The position numbers and the translations under genes are program-made. A stretch of 63,255 nucleotides of DNA, the filler included, from an uncultured bacterium (lineage in GTDB: Bacteria; Auribacterota; CAZIXI01), in assembly GCA_964543115.1 (NCBI GenBank). It is 5 parts of 5 records of this genome, joined end to end, with 100 filler letters (N's around TTAATTAATTAA, not from the genome) between each part and the next. Parts side by side here need not be neighbours in the genome. Positions count along the whole stretch, not along the records: positions 25,587 to 38,216 come from CAZIXI010000079.1; 4 more parts are not named here. One strand, given 5' to 3'. Below the pieces are notes generated by a model, which saw only the letters and a list, made by a program, of their open reading frames with translations, did not search any database and had not been told where the DNA came from. Numbering within the stretch: position 1 is the stretch's first letter; each line of letters opens with the position of its first letter. Positions 25,670 to 35,952 of this stretch are shown piece by piece.

Positions 25670-28120
25670 ATGAATAAATTAGTTTTTCTATTTTTATTAA
25701 TGACTGTATTTGTTTTTCCGGCTCTGCCTTTATGCGGAGAAGGGGATTGGTTTTCCTCGCAAGAAGAAGAGAGCTGTTATAATCTGGGTTTTAAGGCCTA
25801 TGAGGATAAGCTGTATCCGGAAGCGATTAAGCAATTTGAGTTTTATCTTAAGAATTACGGTAAAAGTAAAATCAGCGATAAGGTCACAGCAATGCTGGGC
25901 GAGGCTTTTTACCGCCAGGGAGAGTTAAGAGAGGCCAAGAAGATCTTTAAACGTTTGAGCAAGAAGCCGGATTATCGGGATCTGGCCGGTTTCTGGCTGG
26001 GAAAGATATATTTACGGCGCGGGAAAGCCGACAGGGCGGAAGAGATATTTAGTGAATTTGCCGAGCTTTATCCTGACTCTCGTTATCTGTCTTACGCGCA
26101 ATTTGAATTGGCGCAGATCTATTTTCAAACGGGCAGGTTGTTAGACGCCGTCGGCATTTTTCGTGATTTAACCGACCGGGTACCTGACCAGGATATCGGG
26201 GTTCGCAGCCGTCTTTGGATCGCCAAATGTTTTTATAAGGCCAGACGCTATGACCGGGCGGAAGCGGAGTTGTGGCAGTTTATCCGGCAGGGAGGATCTC
26301 CCGGGTTAATAGCTGAGGCCTACTTTCTCCTGGGCAGGATAAAGGAGCGTTCGGAACTGCATATAAAGGCAATTGTGTATTTCCGCCGGGCAATAAAGGG
26401 TTTAAAGAATCCGGAGTTGCTGGCCCGGGCTTACTATGCGCTTGGCTGGCAGTACTGGCAGTTAAAACATTTTCGTGACGCGGCTATTTGGTTCAGATCT
26501 TTCGAGGAGAAATTCCCTAAAAATAAATTGTTGCCCGCTGTCAGGCTGCGGCTGGCGGAATGTTATATCTCGTTGGAGGAATATCCTCAGGCAGTAAAAC
26601 AGTTACAGGAGTTTATCGGCAGCTATCCAAAACATCCGGCGATCAGCAATGTTCGTTACTGGCTGGGGGAGGCGTATTTCGCGCAAGGGAAAGAAAAAGA
26701 CGCACTGCGTGAGTATAGAAGGTTGATTGATGATTATGAAGATTCTCCTTTAGCGGCCCGGGCCTATTATGGGCTGGGTTGGGCCCATTATCGTAATGAG
26801 GAGTATAAACTAAGCCAACGGATGTTTAGGCAGGTTATCGAGAGGAGTGATGATCTAAATTTGCGGGCAGAGGCCTTGTTGAAGATAGGAGATGCTTATT
26901 TGCAGTTAGAAAAATTTGAGCAGGCAATTCAGGGGTATCACCGGATTCTGGAGGATTACCCCGGTAAATGGTCGGCCCGGGCTCTCTATCAGCTGGGTAA
27001 TACCTATCTCAAGCTCGAAGAGTATGATAAGGCCATAGCCGCTTTCAATACACTTATTTATAGTTATCCAGAAAGTAAAATGGTTGCCGCGGCCCGTTAT
27101 CAGAAAGCAAATTCTTATTTTAAACGGGGGCGCTACAAAGAGGCAATTGCCGGTTATCAGGAAGCGGCGCAGAAGTCGGATTCCCGCTCATTGAAGGAGA
27201 GAGCGGTATTTAGGATCGGTATTGCCTATTATGATATGGATGACTATGCAAAGGCATGTGTGGTGTTTACTTCTCTATTTGTTGATTTTCCTCAGGGTAG
27301 TTATCGGACTCAGGCCTTGTATGAACTGGGGCTCTGTGCTTTTCGGCAGGGACGGGAAGAAAGGGCCTTAAATTATTTTAAACAGTATATTGAACGAGAA
27401 CCGGAAGCGGGTTTTAATCCCGAAGCGGGATTCTGGATGGGAGAATATTTCTTTAATAAGGGGCAGTATAGTACTGCCCAGGATACCTTTTGCCGGATTG
27501 TAGATAAATTTCCCCGGCATGATTTAGCTGACGACAGCCTTTTTTTGTCCGGCAGATGCGCGTTTAAGTCCGGGGATTATGAAGTATCGAAAAAGTTTTT
27601 TCAGGATTTGGTTGATCAATATCCGGACAGGGACCTTTGCCCGGATGCTTATTTTGGCTTGGCAGAAAGTCATATTTTTCTGAAAGATTATCATACGGCC
27701 CTTGCCCTGTATCAGAATATTATTGAAAACTGGCCCGGGCATTATTTATTGGCGGAAGTATACCTGCGCCAGGGGGATGTTTTTTACGGGTTAGGGGAGT
27801 TAGACCAGGCGCTTCTTTCTTATGCTCGGGCCTCAGAGGCAAATTATCCGGAGATCAGGGTACAGGCTATTTTTGATATTGGGAAAGCCCTGAAGAGACA
27901 GGGGAAGATTGATCAGGCGCGGGAAAAGTTTTTGCAGATCGTCTATGAGTATCCTCAGGAGAGATTATGGATGGGGAAGGCGGCAATTAATGCCGCCGAA
28001 CTTCTGCTTCAGGCAAATCGTTCTGATGAGGCCTTGCAGCTATACAGAAAAGTGGCCGATAGCCGGTGCCCCGAAAGGATACAGGCGGAAAAGAAGATTA
28101 AGGAGTTGGAGGGAAAGTAG
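25670..28120 (+). CDS. Exported TPR-repeat protein (YbgF/CpoB-like repeats)
   Basis: Signal peptide; many A.Y.LG...Y...Y..A...F....YP repeats; upstream of exbB-exbD-tonB. Confidence 0.9.
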   Translation: MNKLVFLFLLMTVFVFPALPLCGEGDWFSSQEEESCYNLGFKAYEDKLYPEAIKQFEFYLKNYGKSKISDKVTAMLGEAFYRQGELREAKKIFKRLSKKPDYRDLAGFWLGKIYLRRGKADRAEEIFSEFAELYPDSRYLSYAQFELAQIYFQTGRLLDAVGIFRDLTDRVPDQDIGVRSRLWIAKCFYKARRYDRAEAELWQFIRQGGSPGLIAEAYFLLGRIKERSELHIKAIVYFRRAIKGLKNPELLARAYYALGWQYWQLKHFRDAAIWFRSFEEKFPKNKLLPAVRLRLAECYISLEEYPQAVKQLQEFIGSYPKHPAISNVRYWLGEAYFAQGKEKDALREYRRLIDDYEDSPLAARAYYGLGWAHYRNEEYKLSQRMFRQVIERSDDLNLRAEALLKIGDAYLQLEKFEQAIQGYHRILEDYPGKWSARALYQLGNTYLKLEEYDKAIAAFNTLIYSYPESKMVAAARYQKANSYFKRGRYKEAIAGYQEAAQKSDSRSLKERAVFRIGIAYYDMDDYAKACVVFTSLFVDFPQGSYRTQALYELGLCAFRQGREERALNYFKQYIEREPEAGFNPEAGFWMGEYFFNKGQYSTAQDTFCRIVDKFPRHDLADDSLFLSGRCAFKSGDYEVSKKFFQDLVDQYPDRDLCPDAYFGLAESHIFLKDYHTALALYQNIIENWPGHYLLAEVYLRQGDVFYGLGELDQALLSYARASEANYPEIRVQAIFDIGKALKRQGKIDQAREKFLQIVYEYPQERLWMGKAAINAAELLLQANRSDEALQLYRKVADSRCPERIQAEKKIKELEGK

Positions 28121-28180
28121 CGCCTGATAATGTTTAGTATTTGTAGGAGCGAAAGTTATATGCAAGAAACATAATATTTT

Positions 28181-28225
28181 GGATTGCGGATTTCGGATTG
28201 CGGATTTATTATGCCGCATTCCGAA
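28181..28225. repeat. Inverted arms of CGGATTK heptamer repeats
   Basis: GGATTGCGGATTTCGGATTGCGGATTT followed by CCGCATTCCGAA. Confidence 0.6.
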
Positions 28226-28263
28226 CGTTTCACGTAAAAACTAAAATTGAAGGAGGAATTATT

Positions 28264-28884
28264 ATGGACGTATTGGTTAAAGGTGGACCAATAATGTATT
28301 TTATTCTGGCCTGTTCCATTGTTATGGTGACTGTTTTCATCAATAGAATAGTCCATTTTCATCGTACACAGATTGATACGCAGGAATTTATTTCCGGGTT
28401 GCGCAATGAATTAAAGGCCAGGCGGATTACTGAATCGATCTCTATCTGCGATCATACTCCGGGCCCGATAGCGCGTATTTTAAAGGCCGGTATAATGAAT
28501 CATGACCGCGGCGTGGAAAGTATCAGGAATGCCATGGATAGAGTTGCCTTACAGGAGATTCCGCGGTTGGAACGCGGCAGCGCGCTGTTGGTGAATATTG
28601 CTGTTATTACGCCTTTACTGGGACTCTTAGGCACAGTATTCGGCCTGATCAATGTGTTCCAGCTCATCGGGGGTCAGGCCGGGATGATTACCGGCAGCCA
28701 GCTGGCCGGGGGGCTTTGGCAGGCGTTGCTGACCACAGCTTTTGGATTAGCAGTTGCCATTCCGGCTTATCTCGCTTATAACTATTTAGTCACCAGGATA
28801 CAGAAAATTGTACAGGAAATGGATCAAAGTTCGGCGGAGCTGGTTGATGCTCTTACTGAGGAAGAATTGGCCCTTGTTGAATAA
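28264..28884 (+). CDS. exbB: MotA/TolQ/ExbB proton channel protein
   Basis: PLLGLLGTVFGLI, ALLTTAFGLAVAIPA; GGAGG RBS. Confidence 0.92.
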   Translation: MDVLVKGGPIMYFILACSIVMVTVFINRIVHFHRTQIDTQEFISGLRNELKARRITESISICDHTPGPIARILKAGIMNHDRGVESIRNAMDRVALQEIPRLERGSALLVNIAVITPLLGLLGTVFGLINVFQLIGGQAGMITGSQLAGGLWQALLTTAFGLAVAIPAYLAYNYLVTRIQKIVQEMDQSSAELVDALTEEELALVE

Positions 28885-28897
28885 TTTCTTTTAGACG

Positions 28898-29293
28898 ATG
28901 AGATTAAAAACAAATCTTAAATTGAAGACAAGATTTATCGATCCGGTACCGCTGCTGGATGTGGTGCTGATCATGGTAGTCTTTTTCGTTTTGGCTACAC
29001 AGTTTATCGGTAAGGCGGGGCTGCTGGTGGAATTACCGCCGGCGGGGAATTTTTCTCTTGCCGGAGGCAGGTTGGCCGTAGTCGAGATAAATAATGAAGG
29101 CGTGTGGCTGGAGAAAGTTAAATTGACCGTTGATGAATTAAAGCAGGAATTGAATAATAAAAGAGCAGCCGGTGAGGATTTGACTTTAGTTATTGAGGCG
29201 GGTAAAAACATTAATCATCTTGAAATTGTCGAGCTGATTGATACTGCCCGCGGGGTTGGAATTGACAGGATTGCGATAGCCACTGCGGAATGA
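28898..29293 (+). CDS. exbD: ExbD/TolR biopolymer transporter
   Basis: PLLDVVLIMVVFF TM with conserved Asp; follows exbB. Confidence 0.9.
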   Translation: MRLKTNLKLKTRFIDPVPLLDVVLIMVVFFVLATQFIGKAGLLVELPPAGNFSLAGGRLAVVEINNEGVWLEKVKLTVDELKQELNNKRAAGEDLTLVIEAGKNINHLEIVELIDTARGVGIDRIAIATAE

Positions 29294-30251
29294 AAATTAT
29301 ATTTTTACCGCTTATATTATCAATACTCGGGCACGGGGCCTTTCTGGGGCTTTTTACTGCAAGATTTCCGCAAGAGGAAATAGCTATAGCGGAATTTTAT
29401 TTAGTGCCCAGAGGACAGCTGCGGCATTTGCAGCGCCGGCAGGAAGAAACTGCTTCTGGCTCTTTGTATCGATACCTGGCTGGGAAAGAAGAACTCTGGG
29501 GAGATCAGTTGTCTGTTGATCTGCAGCAGGTTGGTCATCTGTCACCTGGAGAAGAACCCGGGGCGGCATTTGGGAAGAGAATGTTTGATGTCAAATTGCC
29601 TTCTTTGGCCGCGGAAGGAATGATTCTAAGGAAAGAGCTGCTGCCGGAGTATGGGAGTCTTTTTTATTATAGTCTTCCGCTTTTAAGTGATGGGCGGTCT
29701 GCCGGCAAGAGCGGCCTGGAAATTCCGCTTAGTGATGAACATAAGTTAATTTTTTATATTGAAGGGCCGGTAGCTGTGCGCAGTTTGATTTATAAAGAAA
29801 CTTTCAGCCGGATACCGGCCACGGGTGAATTACCGTTAAACCTCAAGCTGCGGTTTTGGCTGGCCCGGGACGGGCGGGTGAATCAAGTCATTATTGAAGA
29901 AGGGTCGGGTTTGCCCGGGGTGGATAGTCAAATTGTCAGGGGAGTAAAAAAATGGCGGTTCCGTCCCGCCTGGCAAAAAGACTCTCCGGATTATCAGTGG
30001 GGAGTGGCCAAGGTGAGGATACAGTCTATACCCATTCCAATGATGGCAGTCCCCGACACGTCGGGGGCAGTCNNNNNNNNNNNNNNNNNNNNNNNNNNNN
30101 NNNNNNNNNNNNNNNNNNNNNNNNNNNNNNNNNNNNNNNNNNNNNNNNNNNNNNNNNNNNNNNNNNNNNNNNGATACAGTCTATACCCATTCCAATGATG
30201 GCAGTCCCCGACACGTCGGGGGCAGTCCCAAGCTCTGCTTGGGACAGTTAA
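29290..30251 (+). CDS. TonB-like protein whose 3' end runs into a repeat element across a scaffold gap
   Basis: N-terminal SILGH TM; C-terminal LRFWLARDGRV...SGL...KKWRFRP TonB_C pattern. The stop at 30251 assumes the duplicated 55 nt across the gap collapse to one copy. Confidence 0.7.
30018..30247 (+). repeat. GCAGTC-family mosaic repeat (module A plus two hairpin modules), seen on both sides of a 100-N gap
   Basis: CAGTCTATACCCATTCCAATGATGGCAGT-CCCCGACACGTCGGGG-GCA-GTCCCAAGC-TCT-GCTTGGGAC. 30018-30072 is identical to 30173-30227. Confidence 0.9.
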
Positions 30252-30255
30252 GCCA

Positions 30256-30483
30256 ATGATTACCTTAACTGTAAACAATATATTTTTGCTTTATATTGGC
30301 CTGGTGGTTTTAGGTGTATTTTTAGCGTGGGTTTTTTCCGGGTATAGAAATACCCGCAAGAAAGAGATTGCAGCCGGAGAGAGAAATGTTGTTAGTTGTT
30401 CCATTTGCGCTTATCGATATATTGTAAACAGGACTGATAGAATCCATAAGTGTCCTCAATGTTCAAGTTTAAACGCGAATTAA
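30256..30483 (+). CDS. Small membrane protein with zinc ribbon
   Basis: One TM helix, then CSIC...CPQC. Confidence 0.7.
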   Translation: MITLTVNNIFLLYIGLVVLGVFLAWVFSGYRNTRKKEIAAGERNVVSCSICAYRYIVNRTDRIHKCPQCSSLNAN

Positions 30484-30747
30484 CGCGAATGTGCTTTTTT
30501 TATTCATAGCTTCTTGCATGCAATTTCAAAATAGATAATAAGAAATAGAAGCCAAGAATATTAAACCACGGAGATCACGGAGTTCACAGAGAGTAGATTA
30601 TTTTTCCTCCGTGTTTCTCTGTGTGCTCCGTGGTGTAATAATCATGTTCTTATTAATTGCAAGTAGTCAGCCCCGAAGGGGCCTAACTTGAGCAAGGTTT
30701 TCCGCAATTGCGTAGAGTTTACGGGTATAATTCGCGAGTATTCGCGT
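30471..30747. repeat. Nested inverted short-repeat arms in the intergenic region
   Basis: Outer: AACGCGAAT x2 (30471-30490) vs ATTCGCG x2 (30730-30747). Inner: CACRGAG x3 (30565-30591) vs CTCYGTG x3 (30607-30634). Also GCCCC-GAA-GGGGC at 30670-30682. Confidence 0.7.
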
Positions 30748-30767
30748 CTAAAAGAAAGGAGAGTGTT

Positions 30768-31931
30768 ATGGCTGAGTGGATTGGAACAGGTAGAAGAGCC
30801 AGGCGGTGTTATGGGTTTGATGAAATTGCCCTGGTCCCGGGTAAGGTGACCGTTAATCCTGACGAAGTAGATGCCAGCTGGCAGTTGGGCAAGCATAAAT
30901 TCACGGTGCCTATCCTGGCCAGTGCCATGGATGGGGTTGTGGACACCAAATTCGCGATCAGGATGGGGCAATTGGGCGGAGTAGCGGTGCTTAATCTGGA
31001 AGGGGTGCAGACCAGGTATCAGAATCCGCATGAGATTATTGAGCGGATCGTTACGGCGAACAGCGATGAGGTGACAAAGATTTTCCAGGAAATATATAAG
31101 GAGCCGATTAAGGAAAATTTGATCGCTCAACGTGTTTCTGAAATAAAAAAACATAAAGTGCCGGCGGTAGTTTCCTGTATTCCGCAGAACGCGGAGCGTT
31201 TCGGGGCCATTGCCCAGGAGGCGGGAGCGGATCTTTTTGTTGTTCAGTCGACAGTGACAACAGTAACCCATATTTCCAAAGAATATGCGGTTCTTGATTT
31301 CGGTAAATTCTGTTCCCAGATGAAAATACCGGTTATTGTCGGTAATGCCGTTACTTATGATGTCGCCCTGGCCTTAATGGAAACAGGGATTTCCGGTCTT
31401 TTAGTGGGGATCGGGCCGGGAGCGGCTTGTACGACCCGGGCCGTTTTGGGAATTGGAGTGCCTCAGGTTACGGCAACCGTTGATTGTGCCGGCGCCCGGG
31501 ACTTCTATTTTAAGCAGACCGGAAGGTATGTTCCGATAATTACCGATGGCGGAATGGTAAGAGGCGGAGATGTCTGTAAGGCGATCGCTTGCGGGGCTGA
31601 TGCTGTGATGGTGGGCAGCGCGTTTGCCCGGGCCAAAGAAGCCCCGGGACGAGGGTACCACTGGGGAATGGCTACTCCGCACGCTAATTTGCCGCGGGGA
31701 ACCAGAATCTATGTGGGTACCACAGGCACAGTGGAACAGATTATTTACGGTCCGGCGGAGATTGATGATGGTTCACAGAATTTACTGGGGGCCCTGACTA
31801 CATCAATGGGAAATATCGGCGCGCAAAACATTAAAGAGATGCAGCTGACGGAGATTATTATTGCTCCTTCGATTCAGACAGAAGGCAAGATATTCCAGGC
31901 CGTCCAGCGCGTCGGCAGCGTGCGGAGATAG
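30768..31931 (+). CDS. guaB3: GuaB3-family IMP dehydrogenase-related protein
   Basis: YGFDEIALVPG, GIGPGAACTTRAVLGIGVPQ, IITDGG, HWGMATP; lacks CBS domains. Confidence 0.9.
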   Translation: MAEWIGTGRRARRCYGFDEIALVPGKVTVNPDEVDASWQLGKHKFTVPILASAMDGVVDTKFAIRMGQLGGVAVLNLEGVQTRYQNPHEIIERIVTANSDEVTKIFQEIYKEPIKENLIAQRVSEIKKHKVPAVVSCIPQNAERFGAIAQEAGADLFVVQSTVTTVTHISKEYAVLDFGKFCSQMKIPVIVGNAVTYDVALALMETGISGLLVGIGPGAACTTRAVLGIGVPQVTATVDCAGARDFYFKQTGRYVPIITDGGMVRGGDVCKAIACGADAVMVGSAFARAKEAPGRGYHWGMATPHANLPRGTRIYVGTTGTVEQIIYGPAEIDDGSQNLLGALTTSMGNIGAQNIKEMQLTEIIIAPSIQTEGKIFQAVQRVGSVRR

Positions 31932-31994
31932 AAATGCGGGCTTCGTTCGTGCAGATTTCCGTAGATTTGTTGATAAATCGTTAACAAAAAAATA

Positions 31995-32108
31995 AAACAC
32001 AAAGACACAAAGTTTTATTAAGGCACAAAGGGATTGATAAAATTAAGTTTGATTGAGAAACATAAAAAATCTTTGTGTCTTTGTTTTTTTTCTTGGTGTC
32101 TTTGTGTT
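31995..32108. repeat. Inverted arms of ACACAAAG repeats
   Basis: AAACACAAAGACACAAAG...GCACAAAG vs CTTTGTGTCTTTGT...GTGTCTTTGTGTT. Confidence 0.8.
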
Positions 32109-32151
32109 AAAAAAAAGTAAATTTTTGCGTGATTTCTAAATAAAAAACATT

Positions 32152-35100
32152 ATGAAATCTTCTAATTTTGTCCATTTACATGTTCATAGCGAATACAGCC
32201 TTCTCGACGGCATGTGCCGGCAGAGTAAGCTTATTGAGCGGGCGCAGCAGCTGGGTATGCCGGCGGTGGCTGTTACGGATCACGGTAATATGTACGGGAT
32301 GATTGATTTCTATTCCAAGGCCAAGGAAGCGGGGATAAAACCGATTATTGGCATGGAAGCCTATATCGCTCCGGGTTTACGCACTGAAAGAAAAGCGCAT
32401 GGGATTAAAGATGCCGCTTTCCACCTCACTTTACTTGCCAGTAACTATCAGGGTTATAGAAACCTTATTAAATTAAGCTCTGTCGGTTTTTTGGAAGGCT
32501 TTTATTACCGGCCCCGGATAGATAAGGAGGTTTTAAAAAAGTATTCCTCCGGGTTGATCGCCTTGAGCGGTTGTCTCAAGGGAGAATTGTCCCATTTAGT
32601 TATTGCTGATCAAACGGAGCAGGCGGAAAAGATTCTGCGGCAGTATCTGGATATTTTCAGCCGGGAGAATTTTTATCTGGAGGTTCAGAATCAGGGGATT
32701 GAAGGCCAGTCGAAGGCGAATAGCTGGTGCCAGGAAATGGGCCGCAAGTATGACCTTAAATTAGTGGCTACCAATGACTGTCATTATCTGGATCGTGACC
32801 AGGCATTCATGCATGAGGTACTGCTTTGTATTCAGACGGTTACTAATATTTACGATCCAAAAAGAATGAAATTCCCTAACACGGAGTTTTGGTTTAAAAG
32901 CGCCGAACAGATGCTTGCTTTATTTCCCGATACTCCGCAGGCGATAGAGAACACCCTGGAAGTTGCCGAGCGCTGTAATGTGGAATTGGATTTTACAAAT
33001 AAGTATTTACCGACGTACCATCCGCCTGACGGGCAAAAACGTGAAATGTATTTGCGCCGGCTTTGTCAGCAGGGTTTGAGCCGCCGCTACCGCAATATTA
33101 CTCCGGAAATAAAAGCGCGTCTAGAAACTGAGTTGTCCATAATCGAAAAGATGAATTTTTCCAGTTACTTCCTGATTGTCTGGGATTTTATTAATTATGC
33201 CCGGCAGAATAATATCCCGGTCGGCCCGGGCCGGGGATCCGCGGCGGGAAGTTTGGTCAGCTATTTATTGGGGATAACGAATATTGATCCGCTGCGCTAC
33301 GGGCTGCTGTTTGAAAGATTTCTTAACCCTTCCCGGATATCCCTGCCGGATATTGATATAGATTTTTGTGACCGCCGCCGGGATGAAATGATTGAATATG
33401 TGCGTACTAAATACGGGAAAAATAATGTCGCCCAGATTATTACCTTTGGTACTTTAGGAGCGAAGGCGGTGATCCGGGATGTCGGGCGCGGTTTGGGGCT
33501 AACTTATAGTGAGGCCGACCGGATCGCCAAACTTATACCGAATGAGTTAAATATAACTTTGGAACGGGCGTTGGAACTGGAACCGCAGTTAGATAAAATT
33601 GCCAAGGAAGATCAAAGGATAGGAAAATTACTGGAGGTGTCCTTTGTGCTGGAAGGCATGGTGCGTAATTCATCTACTCACGCCGCGGGAGTGGTTATTT
33701 CAGAAGAGCCGCTGACGGAATATTTGCCGTTATCGACAGGAAATAAGGGTGAAGTAATAACGCAGTACGCGATGGGTCCGGTGGAAAAGATCGGCATGTT
33801 GAAGATGGATTTTCTAGGTTTAAAAACATTGGCGGTGATTAAGGATACCTTAAGCATTGTGGAACGGTTAAGCGGAGAGAAAATTGATATTGAGCGTATT
33901 CCCATGGATGACGCGAAAACTTTTCAGATGTTAAATCAGGCGAATACAATCGGTATATTTCAGGTAGAAAGCAGCGGGATGCGGGATTTGTCCAGACGGA
34001 TGGGATTGGATAATTTCAATGATCTTATTGCCCTGGTAGCCTTGTTCCGGCCCGGCCCGATGCATATGGTAGATGATTATATTGCCCGCAAGAAAGGAAA
34101 GGTGCCGATAAAATATGACCATCTATTGTTAGAGCCGATACTTAAAGATACTTATGGAGTGATGCTCTATCAGGAACAGGTCATGCAGAGCGCAAATGTT
34201 ATTGCCGGTTTTGATATGAGTGCCGCGGATACACTGCGGAGGATCATGGGTAAGAAAAAGGCGCGGCAGATGGAGGAACAGCGGAGCCATTTTATTGACG
34301 GAGCGAAAAAGAAGGGCTTGAGCTACACTCAGGCGGAACGGATCTTTGAGCATATGGCGACCTTTGCGGGGTATGGTTTTAACCGGTCGCATAGCGCGGC
34401 TTATGCGATGATTGCCTATCAGACGGCGTATTTAAAGGCGAATTGGCCGAAGGCCTATATGGCAGCCCTGTTAACAAGTGAAATGAATAATACCGATAAG
34501 TTGTCCCGTTATATTGAAGAGAGCCGTAAGATGGGCATAGAGGTGCTGCCGCCTGATATCAACCAGAGTGAAGCTCACTTTACCGTGGTGGGTGGTAATA
34601 TACGATTTGGTCTGGCAGCGATAAAAAATGTCGGGGCGGCGGCGGTGCGTTCTATTATTGATATCCGGAATGCTGGTCCGTTCACGGATTTCCTCGGGTT
34701 TCTGGAACGGATAGACAGCCGGGCTGTTAACAAGAAGGTTATTGAGAGTTTAATCAAATGCGGTGCCCTGGATAGTTTTGGGCATAAGCGGCAGCCCTTG
34801 GTTGCCGGAGTTGATCAGGCGTTATCCCTGGCCGCAAGACAGAAAGAGATTTTACATTCTTCGCAGATATCATTTTTTGAACTGCTGGAGGGGCATAATA
34901 ATGGGCCATCCTTAAAGCTGCCTGAAATGGAAGAGTGGTCAGAGGCGCAGTTACTTAATTTTGAGAAAGAATTACTGGGTTTTTATGTTACCGGGCATCC
35001 TTTAGCGGAATATGAGGATTTGCTTCGTTGTTATACTACAGCGAGCTCCAGCCAATTAGTGCGCCTGGGCTTGACTACGAAAGTGCGTCTGGGAGGAATT

Positions 35101-35589
35101 ATTACAAATATTAAAAGGACTGTAACCAAAAGGGATTCCCGGCGAATGGCCATTCTGACTGTGGATGATTTAGACGGCAGCGCGGAAGTGGTGGTCTATC
35201 CTGATGCCTATGATGCCTCTCAGCAGTATATTGAGCAGAATAAACCGGTAATTATTACCGGTCAGGCGCAGGCCCAGGAAGAAAAGCCGCGGGTAGTTGC
35301 TGCTGAGGTAGTGCCCCTGGAGGAAGCGCCAATCCGCTATGCTGAGAGTGTGCAGATTAATGTTTCTCCGCAATCAGGCGATGAGGGTGTTTTGGAGCAG
35401 GTTCGCGATGTTTTGAGTGAATATCCGGGGGATTGTTCACTCAATATGTGCATTGGCCTGGCAAGCGGAGAGAGGATAACGATGGCTGTTAATACCGAGC
35501 TGAAAGTTAATCCCAGCCGGGAATTTGTTAACCGTCTGGAAGGCCTACTTGGTAAAGGCAGCGTGCAGATAAGGAAAGCTAATAAGTAG
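32152..35589 (+). CDS. dnaE: DNA polymerase III subunit alpha
   Basis: PHP HLHVHSEYSLLDG, GPGRGSAAGSLV, PDIDIDF, KMDFLGL, OB fold. Confidence 0.98.
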   Translation: MKSSNFVHLHVHSEYSLLDGMCRQSKLIERAQQLGMPAVAVTDHGNMYGMIDFYSKAKEAGIKPIIGMEAYIAPGLRTERKAHGIKDAAFHLTLLASNYQGYRNLIKLSSVGFLEGFYYRPRIDKEVLKKYSSGLIALSGCLKGELSHLVIADQTEQAEKILRQYLDIFSRENFYLEVQNQGIEGQSKANSWCQEMGRKYDLKLVATNDCHYLDRDQAFMHEVLLCIQTVTNIYDPKRMKFPNTEFWFKSAEQMLALFPDTPQAIENTLEVAERCNVELDFTNKYLPTYHPPDGQKREMYLRRLCQQGLSRRYRNITPEIKARLETELSIIEKMNFSSYFLIVWDFINYARQNNIPVGPGRGSAAGSLVSYLLGITNIDPLRYGLLFERFLNPSRISLPDIDIDFCDRRRDEMIEYVRTKYGKNNVAQIITFGTLGAKAVIRDVGRGLGLTYSEADRIAKLIPNELNITLERALELEPQLDKIAKEDQRIGKLLEVSFVLEGMVRNSSTHAAGVVISEEPLTEYLPLSTGNKGEVITQYAMGPVEKIGMLKMDFLGLKTLAVIKDTLSIVERLSGEKIDIERIPMDDAKTFQMLNQANTIGIFQVESSGMRDLSRRMGLDNFNDLIALVALFRPGPMHMVDDYIARKKGKVPIKYDHLLLEPILKDTYGVMLYQEQVMQSANVIAGFDMSAADTLRRIMGKKKARQMEEQRSHFIDGAKKKGLSYTQAERIFEHMATFAGYGFNRSHSAAYAMIAYQTAYLKANWPKAYMAALLTSEMNNTDKLSRYIEESRKMGIEVLPPDINQSEAHFTVVGGNIRFGLAAIKNVGAAAVRSIIDIRNAGPFTDFLGFLERIDSRAVNKKVIESLIKCGALDSFGHKRQPLVAGVDQALSLAARQKEILHSSQISFFELLEGHNNGPSLKLPEMEEWSEAQLLNFEKELLGFYVTGHPLAEYEDLLRCYTTASSSQLVRLGLTTKVRLGGIITNIKRTVTKRDSRRMAILTVDDLDGSAEVVVYPDAYDASQQYIEQNKPVIITGQAQAQEEKPRVVAAEVVPLEEAPIRYAESVQINVSPQSGDEGVLEQVRDVLSEYPGDCSLNMCIGLASGERITMAVNTELKVNPSREFVNRLEGLLGKGSVQIRKANK

Positions 35590-35599
35590 CTCTTAATCC

Positions 35600-35622
35600 T
35601 TTAGCCCTCTTAGAGGGCTAAA
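35600..35622. terminator. Perfect hairpin after dnaE, possible terminator
   Basis: TTTAGCCCTC-TTA-GAGGGCTAAA, 10-bp stem, 11 nt after the stop; no strong U-tract. Confidence 0.5.
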
Positions 35623-35664
35623 TCATGAAAAACACAGCTTCGCGCAAATTTGTTAATAACTTTT

Positions 35665-35805
35665 TTAAACGCAGAGGCCGCAGAGAAAAGGTAATTTATA
35701 CGAGCTATGCTCGAAAAACTCTGCCCAAAGCTTCGCTTTGGACTGCCATTATTGGAATGGATATAGACTGCGTAACTTTGCGTACTCTGCGAGCTCTGCG
35801 TTTAA
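35665..35805. repeat. CGCAGAG inverted arms enclosing a minus-strand GCAGTC-family element
   Basis: TTAAACGCAGAGGCCGCAGAG vs CTCTGCGAGCTCTGCGTTTAA. Inside (35722-35771), reverse complement: GCAGTCTATATCCATTCCAATAATGGCAGT-CCAAAGC-GAA-GCTTTGG-GCAG. Confidence 0.88.
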
Positions 35806-35952
35806 ATGATTCTTGTTTTTTATTATACAAGCTTGTTAAACCAATAGTAGATCGGCCGAAGGCCGGCGCACTCCGGCAGGATAGCGCTAGGTTTTATGCC
35901 GAAATTTTGCTAGAATATTAGAAATTATTTAAATGGTTGATGGGGCAAAATT

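Noticed and set aside
30018..30227. True tandem duplication of the repeat across the gap
   Set aside because: An exact 55-nt overlap on both sides of a 100-N gap is more simply a k-mer overlap of one copy; unresolved without reads.
4980..30251. Functional linkage of the giant protein to the TolC/RND or TonB genes in the window
   Set aside because: They are on different contigs joined artificially, so proximity is meaningless.
30660..30760. Purine-related riboswitch upstream of guaB3
   Set aside because: Only a GAA mini-hairpin and repeat arms are present; no purine, ZTP or ykkC-type consensus recognised.
35625..35921. 98-aa ORF between dnaE and hisS
   Set aside because: Composed largely of repeat elements; no protein features.
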